A DNA stretch of 63,437 nt, filler included, from Octopus bimaculoides (taxonomy: Eukaryota): assembly GCF_001194135.2 (NCBI RefSeq). It is 7 parts of 6 records of this genome, joined end to end, with 100 filler letters (N's around TTAATTAATTAA, not from the genome) between each part and the next. Parts side by side here need not be neighbours in the genome. Positions count along the whole stretch, not along the records: positions 17,159 to 26,599 come from NC_068986.1; positions 26,700 to 37,409 come from NC_068982.1; 5 more parts are not named here. The stretch is one strand, 5' to 3'. A program made the position numbers and the translations under genes. Below the pieces are notes generated by a model. It was not told the origin of the DNA, did no database searches, and worked only from the letters and a program-made list of their open reading frames with translations. Below, piece by piece: positions 23,801 through 37,509 of the stretch; position 1 is the stretch's first letter; each line of letters opens with the position of its first letter.

Positions 23801-25072
23801 ACGACTGGGTGCAGCTCTTTGGACGTGGATGATTTGGCTCGGCTGGCTGGATTGTCAGGCTATTTTGGCAACAGTATTTTTGATGTTGAAGGTGAACGCG
23901 CGCGCGCGCAATCATTCAGGCATACACAAACACACGCATGCGCAGAAATATACACATACAGATAAAAACAGTGAGAAAGAGAGAAACCATTCTCTCTCCT
24001 CACATATATAAACAGAAATATGTTCAGGGAGTCAGGGAGAGAGAGAGAGAAAGAGACAGACAGACAGACAGACAGAGAGGAGATGGACTGAGAGAACAAT
24101 ATAGACATTAAAATGTCTGATGAGAAATAAACCAGCATGGAATCAGCGACGCCAAACAAGTGGCACCAAAACGGCTGTACTAAAACACCGCATAATTCAG
24201 TAAGAATTACTGATTCCAGTAATTCTTACAGCCATTTTCGCTTTATTTTTTTTCTATTTTCTTCTTTCGCTTTTTATTTTAGTTTCATCATGTACCCATG
24301 TCACTACGCAAGATCTTGCGCATGCGCTTCAATTCTGCCTCATGTCTGTCATCTCTCTCTCTCTCTGTCCGACTCTCTCTCTGTCTGCCTCTCTCTCTGT
24401 CTGCCTCTCTCTCTGTCTCTATGTCTGGATGTTTGTCTTTCTCTCTCTCTCTCTCAATTTTTTATTAGTTTCATATGCACGTCCTAATCTCATTCTTTGT
24501 CTTCTTAATTCTGTTATATGTTAATCTTCGACACACTACTATTACCAGTGATGTAACTGGAGTCTCTGCAACGATGGACTTTAAATTTTCTTCAAGGTCC
24601 CAATCGAGGATTGTAGATAACAAGCAGTTAGTTCCTGTTGACTGCTACATTGCAAATTAACCGATTGTCTCCCTTACCAGGTTCTTCAAGGGTTGGCTGA
24701 AAAGTTCATAGGATGACTATGAACAAGTAATTGTAGAGCTCTCAACGCGAGGCAGAGAGATGCGAAAACCAGAGAAGAAAGAATCTCAAATAACACCTCG
24801 ATAAAGCCTACAGCACTTCCAGGCTTTTCTATCTGAACATGTCGAACAATTTCCAGAATGCATTGGCTCTCTAAAGCACATCATTGAATTATTAATTAAT
24901 CTCAACAATGCTACAAATTTAATAACACTTTCAGTATTAGTTGTCATGTTGCAATTATCCCACATAAAGGAATTTCAGTGTTAATAACGTCCTCCTCGAC
25001 GTTACTCACAAGCTTTTGCGATCTGGAAGGTTCTGTTCTGTTCTGTCTTCAATCCATAAACATTTTCAAAAT

Positions 25073-25202
25073 AGGAGCAGACATGGCTTTGTGGTTAAGA
25101 CGCTCGCTTTACGACCACGTGGTTTCGGTTTCAGTTCCACTGTGCATCACCTCGGACAAATGTCTTCAACTATAACCCCGGGACGACCAATGACTTTTGT
25201 GA
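25073..25202 (+). mobile_element. SINE family A head fragment
   Basis: ATGGCTTTGTGGTTAAGACG..CCACGTGGTTTCGGTTTCAGTTCCACTGTG..AAATGTCTTC matches the 6397 head. Confidence 0.7.
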
Positions 25203-25245
25203 TAACCATCTGCTAACTATCAAAGTCAGCATCAAAATATAGCCA

Positions 25246-25246
<1 letters not shown>

Positions 25247-25331
<85 letters not shown>

Positions 25332-25341
25332 CATTATTATT
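25247..25341. repeat. (TAT)n microsatellite
   Basis: Direct sequence. Confidence 0.95.
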
Positions 25342-25754
25342 CAGTAGTTTTATTTTTATAGCGTGCTTTCACTTCACTACCGAGCCCAGCTTTATGATCC
25401 CACCAAACATAAGGCATAGCTTTTTGGGCATGGATATTNNNNNNNNNNNNNNNNNNNNNNNNNNNNNNNNNNNNNNNNNNNNNNNNNNNNNNNNNNNNNN
25501 NNNNNNNNNNNNNNNNNNNNNNNNNNNNNNNNNNNNNNNNNNNNNNNNNNNNNNNNNNNNNNNNNNNNNNNNNNNNNNNNNNNNNNNNNNNNNNNNNNNN
25601 NNNNNNNNNNNNNNNNNNNNNNNNNNNNNNNNNNNNNNNNNNNNNNNNNNNNNNNNNNNNNNNNNNNNNNNNNNNNNNNNNNNNNNNNNNNNNNNNNNNT
25701 GTGTTTGTGTATGCATACATATATATACACATGTACATATATTTTTTTCTATCA

Positions 25755-25785
<31 letters not shown>

Positions 25786-28145
25786 CATACAAGATTAGTG
25801 ATGAAAAATTTGCGTTCTAGGGCTTAAATAGGTAAGAAAGATGGAAAGATATATTATTAGGAGGTGTTGCAATATTGAATTACTGTTGTAGCTTAAATTT
25901 TTATAGAAAAGGACATTATTTATATGGAGCAAAATGACGGAATTAAATATAGGCGGAAACCGGAAAGGGATGATTATGTGATTAAACAATTTCAAGAAAA
26001 GAAGAAAAATAGATTGTAATAGAAGGAAATGAAACAAAATCTAAATAGAAAAGAATATATGATTGTAAGCAAGAAATTGGAATGTATGAACATTGTTTCT
26101 GTTGAAATAGTTTAAGGTAAAAAAATGAAAGCTGAGAAATAATTGTATATATTTAATGTGAGCTTATGGGTTTGTTTGTATGTGCGTAATGTATTTGATT
26201 TTGTGTGCGTGCTTCGGTTTGGTTGATTATATGAAAGCATGTATGTAGATGAAATGGAAAAGAATAAAAGAAAAAAAGACTGTGGAGGTAAAAAGTTTTC
26301 GGTTCCGCATTTTTCTGTTATATAGATACCAATCTAATATTATCAGTAGTGGGCATAATGAATTTAAATATTAATGAGCAAATGTTATGTGTCTATTTAT
26401 ATGTATATATCAATGTGTACGCTTGTGTATGTGTAATAATATTAAATGACCTAAGTGGGTGCACTTTTAGAAGTCGTAGCCTTATTGTAAAACAGAAGAG
26501 AAAATAGGTGTTTTTGAAAGTTTATTTTATAAAATAAGGCATATAAAAATCTCAATAGATAACCTAAACAAACTATATATATGCATATATATGTGTGTGN
26601 NNNNNNNNNNNNNNNNNNNNNNNNNNNNNNNNNNNNNNNNNNNTTAATTAATTAANNNNNNNNNNNNNNNNNNNNNNNNNNNNNNNNNNNNNNNNNNNNA
26701 TATACTCAGGACTGCAATACTAATGAAGATTCAATCTGAGCAAAGTTAATTTTTAAACGAGTAGAAATGAGCCACAGACATACATTACAACTCTCAGCCC
26801 CCGCCTATCAATATACAAAGAATTTCCAGATCCCCAATATTCAACCTTTCAACACAGGAAGCTAGTGAATTTTAAATTACCAAACGCCTTAACGCTATAT
26901 CCTCATATCCCTTCTAGTTGTGATGACTTATAAAACCAGCACCGAAACTGGATCCACAGAAAATGTAGACATTCTTTGTGAATGTATTTATGTATATACT
27001 TACTTACTTATTTATTTTCTTACTTCTCTAAATGATTCAAATGATACAGAGTAGATGTTTATACATTCGGCTAAAAAACATAATATAGTATATCTCCAAA
27101 CAAAAACAGCAAGACCTAGAAAAACCGATTCAATTTCCGTGTTAAATTTAAAAGAAAATATTTATTTATCCTGTAAGCTGGTGAGTTATTTAAAATCCCA
27201 TTGTTATTTGTTCAAATGTTATATGATACTATTGTACAGAACTATGTGTTTAGTTTACTTGCTACTTGGTCCTAAAACTTAAAATATACCATGACCTCAT
27301 CGTCACTAACCCCTTTCTAAGAAAGCAATAATCAGGCTCTAGAGTAAAAGATATCAAATAGTGAACTGCCATATCTTGTTGATCGTTCCTTGTCGACATG
27401 TAGGCGGTTTCTCTTGTTTCCAAAACTAGTTTAGTTCGTTTACTTTATTCCAATATTCCACGCTTTCTTTTTTTTTTCAAGGACTCAAATTCTGAGTTCT
27501 TTGAGATATGTTAAAAAGGGAGACGAGTAAGCAAACACAGTCATACGTGTTCATTTGTGTATGTATCCGCACACACGTCCACCACATATACATACATACA
27601 TACATACATACATACACATTGGGTTTAATTTTTGTCTTGAAGAGTTCGGTCAAACGAATGAAAGCGCTAATAAAGAATTATCCGAAATTCTCACTGCCTC
27701 TTTTTTCTCAGTATACAATATCTGTACACCACTTCAAACACTCTATACACAAACCCACACACACGCACACACATTCATATATATATATATATATATATAT
27801 ATANNNNNNNNNNNNNNNNNNNNNNNNNNNNNNNNNNNNNNNNNNNNNNNNNNNNNNNNNNNNNNNNNNNNNNNNNNNNNNNNNNNNNNNNNNNNNNNNN
27901 NNNNNNNNNNNNNNNNNNNNNNNNNNNNTATATATAAATATATATATATGCATGAATGTGTGTGTGCGTGTGTGCGTGTGTGCGTGTGTGTGTGTGTGTG
28001 TGTATGTGTGGGAGTGTGTGTGCGTATGCCCTATCCTCCAAGGCAGCAGGGTAGCATCATTAGAAAGCCACGACAATGCGAGTAAGTCTATTGTGACTAG
28101 CGGTACATAACAACATCTGATAGTCTGATCGATACAGTAATACAA

Positions 28146-28224
<79 letters not shown>

Positions 28225-29268
28225 CATACATACATACATACATACATACATACATACATACATACATACATACAAACATACATACATTTCCAATTGACTG
28301 GGAAATAAACTCCCCAAAATTATTTAAATTTTATCAAAATGGACGCTATTGTGTGAGAGATTTTAAGATAATTTCAGAGAAATAGCTTTATTTACGGCTG
28401 CATCCTTGAAAATCTTTTTCCTTTTAGACTTAGTGTATATCAGAGTAGAGTATCCATTGTGGACTTAGTACTGTACAGACAAAATTACTAAGAAGTTTTG
28501 CTCAAAATTTGACACGAAATTTTTGATACAAAATTAATAAGGATTCCTACTGAGTCAGTACAAGGAAGAGCTAAGAAGTGAAGAAGGAAATTAACGCTCT
28601 GGCATTTCCGCAAGTTTATTCTCAGTTCGTAATTTAGAGGCGATACTAAATAGGTTCGAGTTGGCATGAGATTGCCTACATTAATTGCATAACCGATGCA
28701 AGTACATTACCGATCTAAAGTAGCTGTTTAATAAACTGATATTGCCAGAGGCTTACTCTTATGTTCATAGTTCATAAATTTGCTGTTTATAGCTTACTTA
28801 TATTATAGAGCACGAATTCTGTCACCTTGCCAGGCAGAAATAAAAACTACAAAATTCAAAAGCAAAGAAAAAAAACTAATAAACAAATGGTCAAGCAAAA
28901 GTTGCATAAAATATACATATACTTTATAGACCCATCTGTTGCAGAGTTGCACAGCAATATGAACCAGCTTTGTAAAGAGAGCTTGAGCGTCTTGACTATT
29001 AGATCTATGCGTAATGAATATAGATATCCATAGATACTCAACTACTTTCAGCGGGTAGATGGATGAGCCATTGTAATTCGACATATGATAGTAATTATCA
29101 TACGCCAAGACAAAATAGGGTACAGGGGTGGTGTTCTAGGATAAAAAAGGACCCTATAATATATTCGGTGTGTGTGTGTGTGCATATATGTATATATATA
29201 TATATATGTGTATGTATGGATGTATATATGTGTGTAAGTGACATATACACACACACACATTATATACA

Positions 29269-29299
<31 letters not shown>

Positions 29300-30927
29300 G
29301 TATATATATATGTGTGTATATTTATATATATACATATATTTATATATACATACGTTTGTTTGTGTGTATGAATACACAGAGAAGGAGAGAGAGATATATA
29401 TACGTGCATTCATACATATAGACATATAGACATATATACATGGATACATACATACATACATACACACATACATACATACATACATACATACATACATACA
29501 TACATACGGACCTACATACATACATACATACATACATACATACATACGTACGTACCTACATACGTACGTACCTACATACATACAATGAAGCAAGTCTATT
29601 GGACCAAATGTTTACCATTTATTTATGCCATCATCCATTTGGGCATTTATTTCATGCTTTTTATGATATTTTGCATTGTTTCGTTTTCTTATTTTCGCTT
29701 TTTTTATCATTTCATTGTGTTGGTTTTGTTTTGTGCTATTTTTGTGATATTTTGCGGAGTGTTGTTATATTCTTCATTTTGTTTCTCTTCTAGCATTTTT
29801 GTGTTTTGTTTTATTTTTTTGTACTTTTCTTTCATATCTTTCTTTTCTGAAGACAAAACCTAATACTTTTCACTTCAACTTCGTTATATATTTCGCTCAG
29901 GTTTCTCTGATAACCAACGAAACATTGAAATTGGAATGCGCCTCAATACAATTATCTTTGTTACAGGGATCCTTCCCTTTTAAAGTCATTGCAAACTAAT
30001 GCTTTCATCTCTCCCGGGATCGATGTGAAAATTATCAGTAATATCTAAATTGCAAAAGAAGGGCTGGCGCTTAATTAACCGAAACTCCAACAAAGCATGA
30101 ATGACGGAAGTCATATCAATCAGAAATGATAAAAACTAAGCTGAACCATTCATCCATTACCTCATCCCTTCCCCCTCACCAGTTTTCAATAAAAACATAT
30201 ACCAATCGTACCTACAGTTTACTATAGCAGCAGATTAAATCGATTATAGAATATTAGAGAATATTAAACTCTTGATCCTCTGTTATTGCTTTTACTTTTG
30301 TTTCTTGATGTTTTGTTATTGCTATTAATATCGTTTCTATATTGTTGTTGTTGTTGTTGTTATTGATATCGTTTTTTTTTATTATCGTCGTTGGTGTGGT
30401 TTTTGTTACTTTTAATGTTATTTCTTTCATTGCCTTGTTGCCTTTCGTTATCTTCGTTGTTGTTTTTTATTTCATTTCCTTTATCAATGGTGTTGTTACT
30501 GAGATACTTCTTTACTCCTTCCCAACCAACTGCGTGGATTTTGCACTGAGTGTGATTTAACGTCACCATTTTCCTAAATCATCGAAATTGTAGATATAAA
30601 GTTTACTGCTAACCACAGTTGTAAACCTCACCTCTATACTACGGGACTTTTTTCTTCCGGGATTGGAACAACATTAGTCGTTAATGTTTCTGTCTTTACG
30701 TTCTGGATTCAAATTCCGCTGAGGTCGGTTTGCATTTTATCTTTTCGGGGTCGGCTTCCCCTCTCCCAAAATCTCAGGTTTTGTGCCTATAGTAGAAAGG
30801 ATTATTATATTGTTGTACATATTGTTATAAATTGTTAAATAATACAGAGATAGATGAAATAGTAAAGCAAAGCAACTGTGATAAATAGCATCACGACTAT
30901 TCTGCCTAAGTTTTTTCATCTATTGTA

Positions 30928-31060
<133 letters not shown>

Positions 31061-31379
31061 CATGTACATATGTGTGCATAAGTGCGCATGTTTGTCTGTA
31101 TGCACGCGTGTACAGACGTATACATTACGCAGTGTTGTTTCTGTTGTTGTTTAGTCACAAAACAGTCATGATTGAGGAGCGATATAACACACAGAACCAT
31201 GGTTCCTGATAAACCATATTTCTGCCAGGCTTGTAACTATACTTCATATTCTACACAGTATTGGATGTAGCGATGCACAATGAATATTTTCCATTGTTTC
31301 CAGTGTTCAGCCTATTTCTACAAATCTGTAAGTTCTAGTGGTGGGCACAGTGAAGGCTAACAAGGTATGGACGATCAGA

Positions 31380-32200
31380 GTAAAACAATTACTCTGTCCC
31401 CTGTACCTTTTCAAGGCTCAGTCTGGAAGGGCAGTTCCCTTGAACTTCGTACGTGAGACTGAGCCCAATTGCTGGTCATTTCGAATATCTCTAACTCAAT
31501 GTGAGCAGGCAGGAATTCAGGAGGATCTATACTCTAGAAATGACATAATTGGCAAAATGATTAGAGCAGGATGTAATAATTGCAGTTATAATTGCAAAAG
31601 GATTAGAGACGGTCCTTTCTTATAGGCTTGAGTGAAGAAGATGTGCAACTTACTATTTTAGAGGCACCGAGGGTATTATGCAAGTGATAGAACAGACAGA
31701 GTGAATAGGCAGCACCTCTGTGGGCTAGAGTTTGTAATATATTGGCAGTTAGTTTTACCAATCAAGCAGATGGCCTTATATTGGATGTCGTTTGAGCTGT
31801 GAGTAGCAGAAGCTTCGTCCCAGATATTGGAGCAGTACTTTATTGTTGCTGTTATTTAGAAATTAAAGAAAGTGAATAACTGTTCAGAGCTGAAGAATTG
31901 TATTATCTGGCGTTCATGAGAAATGTTAGTCCTTGGGATACACTTTTAGTTGTGAAAAATCATCAGAGAATATGGACCCCATCATTTGTTGCGACTTTGA
32001 AAGTTTTGTGTTCTTCTTGACCTGAGAGAGCAAAGTAGAAGTCTGTTTCTTTGATATGAACAGTGATTCTTTCTTTCTGTTGTTGTAAGATATTAGACAT
32101 TCACGACCCCACTGGCGGATATATTAGATATGTTCATTGAAGCGATGCAAGTTTGATGTGGTGTTTAAGATATTTGACACCAACATCGGAAGGGTCAGTG
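31380..32200 (-). mobile_element. Decayed non-LTR retrotransposon, RT C-terminal/3' region (L2/Crack/Jockey-like)
   Basis: Minus-strand fragments YIRQWGRECLISYN, YCSNIWDEASA, DIQYKAICLIG and LAHRG..LCLFYH resemble I..WG..NLV.FN, EYCS.xW, D.xQ.xAxRLIG and L.HRR..FY. Confidence 0.55.
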
Positions 32201-34539
32201 ATCGGGTAGAAGCTCTTTCATTGATTCGGTTCTTATATATTTCTCCGAACTAAGAGAGTAAGAGAGAGTAAGAGAGCGAAAGGAAGCGTGAGAGACAGAA
32301 AGAGCACGAAAGTTTTCCTAAAGTTATTTTTGTAGTAGTGTTCTGGGATGTTGTAGCTATGTATATGTCTTATTTCTTTGTACGTTTGCTTGGGCGTGGG
32401 TTGGTTTGAGTGATTATTATATACTGCTGGAAACTGCGAGTGTTAGAACTTGCTGCTGTAAGAAACTGTACTATCGAATCACCAGGTTCTCTTTCGTTTT
32501 TCATATTTTTGTTTCATTGGATATCTGATCAATGAGTATGGTCAGTTTGCAGACGGTGATGGTACGAAATGCGTTGCGTTACATGTTGTTTATTGAAGGG
32601 GAGGCAGGGGTTAGAATCCCAAATATAACTGGCCTAATCCATGAAGGTTATATATTATATTTTTGTACAGCATTGTTATTGAAAAGTTGGATATTGCTAA
32701 ATATCCAAAGATATTGCTAAATATCCAAATATCTAAAGATAACATAGTGTTCCTAGCCTCAAATATTATATCCATGGTGATTTATATCTTTAGCAAAAGT
32801 CGATTGGATCGATTCCTTCGACTCTAGAAGTATGAAAGACAATCCAGAACATAAATAAACCTAACTAAAGATCCCAACAAATTTCGACTTTGCAACATTT
32901 GCTAATTCGCTTATCCACCCATCTTAAATCTATATAATAAATGTTTTATGTGTTCCTTCCATAGAACTTGATCTTTTCAATCTAGAATGGATTGAGATTT
33001 TTCTTTTTATTTGTTTAGCCACAGGTCAACCTGAATTAGGCAGACCTATGATGAAGAGCATTCCAACCGTGACAAACTCATCTATTTTCGAGTAAATTAT
33101 TTTCAATGTGACCTCATTTGAAGACAGTAAAATCTGATATGAATATAGATTTTGCTGTTATTTCGAGCAACTCGATCGACCACATACAGGCTCTTTTGCG
33201 GGCTCATATTTTCATAAGTTAACTAAAAGAGATTAGATATTGCTCCTAATTTTTAGAGGCCATTCTACTCTGAGGAGACTGATGTAGCTAATGCCTACAA
33301 CAAAAATGTGAGCGTGGAGAAAACAAAGGAACTGATCACAATGCCTGCAACTCTTCTACAATCACCCAAGGATCAAGTAATTATATCAATCCTGGATTTT
33401 TTTCTGATGCTACTGTTGTTATCGTTGTATTAAATAAGTTGCTTCAGAATAAAACTGATTTCAATGTGATGCACATTAAATCTTTCCGCAATAGGAACAA
33501 GTCATAAATTTGAATTGACCAACTTTACAAATCGCTCGATATCTTCTCGTACAAATAGCTGACAAAATTTAATGTTGCGACAATTAAAGACTAAGGGAGT
33601 CTCTACGGTGTCGCTCGATCTGCTAGAAATAGCAACCAAACAACCATCATATTACATTATCGTCTTTAAGAAGAATTATAAATTAGATAATGTAATACTA
33701 GATTGTTGTCTCAAACTACTACTATCTAGCACCTTTGGATGATCTCTACTCAACCGCTACACGATGGCTACTCAACTGTCACTCAACCCCCTACCACGGT
33801 CAGACTACCTCTATCTATATGTCTTGGGCGATCCAACTTCTTCGCTTGGAGGCGTCGACACAACACAGATATAGTATGTCTGAAGAAAAAAAGGAAGAGG
33901 GGACGGTCATGAATGGAACGCTTTTAATCTTAGGTCTACTACGTGATCAACCGTCGTTGGTAGTAGTTTCCCAGCATTTTGTGTATAATAGTAACTACCT
34001 TATGAACAGAATTGTTCTGGATTACTCGCTGACAAGTCCACTAATGACGAAAATTTAGTATTATAAAGTGGCTATATTTTACCAAGTGTTATAGATGTTT
34101 TCTGAAACGCTTCCGTGATTTTATGAAAAAAAATTGTGATTTGTGGATCTTTTGCATAGATTTAAATTCTGTTATAAACTTTCGAGGTTCGAATACACTG
34201 TGTGGAATTTTGAAAAAGTGTATTCTAAAAGAACCTGGCGGGGTTTAACCAATAGCAAAGGTAATGTCCATGAACTTCTATGGAGTTTTCGAGTCTGGTT
34301 GAAGGGAGGGACGAAGGTATTCTCAAACCGAGAACTTGACCCGAATACTTGCAAAAGTACCCCCCAAAGTATCACATGTAAGATATAAACCAAATGATCG
34401 ATTAAATCTACCATCTAAATAATTTAACAGTAATTTCTGAATAAAAAATTGGTCGACAGAAACTGTGCGGAATCACGTAGTATATGTGTGTGTATGTGTG
34501 AATGTGCCTAGATAAACAGACAGACAGACATACTGATTG

Positions 34540-34576
<37 letters not shown>

Positions 34577-34834
34577 NNNNNNNNNNNNNNNNNNNNNNNN
34601 NNNNNNNNNNNNNNNNNNNNNNNNNNNNNNNNNNNNNNNNNNNNNNNNNNNNNNNNNNNNNNNNNNNNNNNNNNNNNNNNNNNNNNNNNNNNNNNNNNNN
34701 NNNNNNNNNNNNNNNNNNNNNNNNNNNNNNNNNNNNNNNNNNNNNNNNNNNNNNNNNNNNNNNNNNNNNNNNNNNNNNNNNNNNNNNNNNNNNNNNNNNN
34801 NNNNNNNNNNNNNNNNNNNNNNNNNNNNNNNNNN

Positions 34835-34874
<40 letters not shown>

Positions 34875-35329
34875 CATGTATGTATGTATGTTTGTATGTA
34901 TGTATGTATGTATGTATGTATGCATGTGTATACGTGTGTGTGTGTGTGTGTGTAATAGAGAATGAAACTTCATTTAATACGACGCGGGATTTATCTTCCG
35001 GCTCGTCGGGGTTAACAAGAAGCAGGCATTTGTATACATACGATTTACGTACCGTTAAAATGTCACAAAATATTTGAATATCTGTCTTTCAACGCTCTAA
35101 TTTTTTATGTGTACTGTTTTCTCACATCAATGCCAACTCTATGAATTCCAACAACCAATCAAATCACGTGTTTATTTCTCAAATATTTTATGATTTTACA
35201 AGGGTGCCCAAATATCCTAAGTATACAAATGTATGTTGATTAGCAGCCAACCACTGTTTGACGAACCGAAATGTTAGGTTTAGAGTTATGTTAATAAAAT
35301 TTCAGCTTCTTACAAATATAAATTGGTTT

Positions 35330-35530
35330 AAGATTTTGGCACAATGCCAGCAGTTTGCGGGGAGGAGCCAGGTCGATTAAAGTGAAAACCAGCGTTCAAC
35401 TGATATTTTATCGACCCCGAGAGGTTGAAAGGCAAAGTCAACTTCAGTGGAATTTGACCTCAGAATGTAGAGACGAACGAAATGCCGCTCAGCATCTTGC
35501 CTGGCATGCTAACAATTCTACCAGCCTGCT
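35330..35530 (-). mobile_element. SINE family B copy
   Basis: TTTTATCGACCCCGAGAGG..AAAGGCAAAGTCAAC..GGAATTTGACCTCAGAA..GAAATGCCGC..GCTAACAATTCT is the reverse complement of the family B head. Confidence 0.8.
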
Positions 35531-35539
35531 GCTTTGTTG

Positions 35540-36295
35540 ATGTCGACATCCTTTTGTCTCGGGGGACAATGGAGTTGCGCAAAAAAATAATCCAGTCTGA
35601 CTTTTACATTTCATGTCATTTACATCTCCTGCTGTGGCTGTGTAGTTCTATCCTTGACAAACACTCCCTCTGGCAGGTGCCGCAGATGTAACGAAGACTT
35701 TGCCTGGCTGGTTGTAATGTCATAGTTTCTTGTTGACGTCTTTTCTTGTCCTTCCATTTCTCCTCTCTCCCGCTGTCACTCCTTTGTGTTCCCTCTTCTA
35801 TGGTGCGTCGCCAATCTCCACGGTTGCTGGCAACCGCTTCCCAGTTGCTAATATTGATGTCGCAGGCCTTCATGTCCCTTTTGCAGACATCCTTGTACCG
35901 TAAGAACGGTCTTCTAACAGACCTAGTGCCCCTAGCAAGCTCTCCGTAGAATATGTCCTTGGGGATTCTGCCATCTTCCACACGATTAGCATGTCCAAGC
36001 CATCTCATACGTCTTCGTGTGAGGAGTGCAAACATGCTTGGTATTCCTGGACACGATTCTGCCATTTGATGCTAAGGATTTTCCGGAGGCAGCGCAGGGG
36101 AAAGATATTTAGGCGACGCTCTTGGCGTGTGTATGGCGTCCATGTCTCACTGTCATACAGTAGAGTGCTAAGTACACATGCCTGGTAGATCATTTGTGTG
36201 GTCTTGGTCAGCTTGTTGTTATCCCCTGCCCGTTTGGAGAGTTGAGCCATCACAGCAGCTGCCTTGCCAATGCGTATATTGAGCTCGGCTGCCTT
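35540..36295 (-). mobile_element. RTE-clade LINE 3' fragment
   Basis: IYQACVLSTLLYDSETWT..RLNIFPLRCLRKIL.IKWQ; RRRMRWLGHANRVEDGRIPKDIFYGEL..LRYKDVCKRDMK..WEAVASNRGDWR; one frameshift. Confidence 0.92.
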
Positions 36296-37376
36296 ACATT
36301 TTACAAATATATATTACCCAATATTTACACGCTCTTATTTATAGATCTATGTGCTTCGAGATACACCGTTCCAAAAACGAATTATTTCACGTTCTTTTTG
36401 AAGTTTGTAATTTTTTGTGACGTCAGCAACATACAATTCTCGCTGATAAGAATAAAGTTTCTAAAATGAATAAATTTGAGTGGTTGCCTTGGTCCAACGG
36501 TAGAACGTGTTTCATGTTTACAAGAGATGTATGTCCGAGTCTTTTTCTATCCAAAAGGTTTTTGACCCAATATTTACAAACTATCATTTATAGCTTTATG
36601 TGCTTGGAGATCCACCGATCCCCAAAAAAAAAGAATTATATTTATCTATGCTTCGTATTAAGCACTTTTTTGAAGCGTTTGTATACACTTGTTAGTGAGA
36701 AAACAGATAGGATGAAGAAGGGTATATATATATATATATTGTGTGTGTGTCTGTGTTTGTGAAAGCCTGATTACTGATATCGAATGCAGAATATAAATGT
36801 CGAGCATCCTATTTGTATAAAGTATTTGCATGAATTATCGGAAAGAAAGGTGTGTGGTTGGAACATTTTCCTTTAAGAAAATGATTTTGTCGAATTACCT
36901 TAAAGAAACAAACTAAAATATGATGCATTCACAAGGGAACGCGCAAAATTTTAATAGATTTAGGCTTTTAATGAATTTATACCTTAATAAAATCGCGATT
37001 TCACCAAACAAAGACTGCTTTTTTAAAACGCCTTTTTCGTTTACGTTTTCTATTTTCGCTTCCACGCTTTACAGTAATTCATCAAAATTCTCACTTCTCT
37101 GACGAGTTAACCAAGTTATCTGTTCTATCAAAAGCATCTATTCCACATATCTCCGCATCGTTGGCAACAACCTACTAATAAGCTGTAGGCGACAGTGGTG
37201 ATATGCCAGAGAAGCGGTGATATAGATGTCGGCATACGAAGAGAGATGGGGAGAGAGAAGGACAGAAGGGGAAATGAGAAAAAGAAACACACAAAGAGGA
37301 GGAAAGAAGCTACGGGCAAATTTGTATGGATATATATATATATATAGATACTTGCTTATATGTATGTGTGTATATG

Positions 37377-37409
<33 letters not shown>

Positions 37410-37509
37410 NNNNNNNNNNNNNNNNNNNNNNNNNNNNNNNNNNNNNNNNNNNNTTAATTAATTAANNNNNNNNNNNNNNNNNNNNNNNNNNNNNNNNNNN
37501 NNNNNNNNN

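Noticed and set aside
25795-26037. 80-aa AT-rich ORF possibly from a retroelement
   Set aside because: No diagnostic motif could be assigned.
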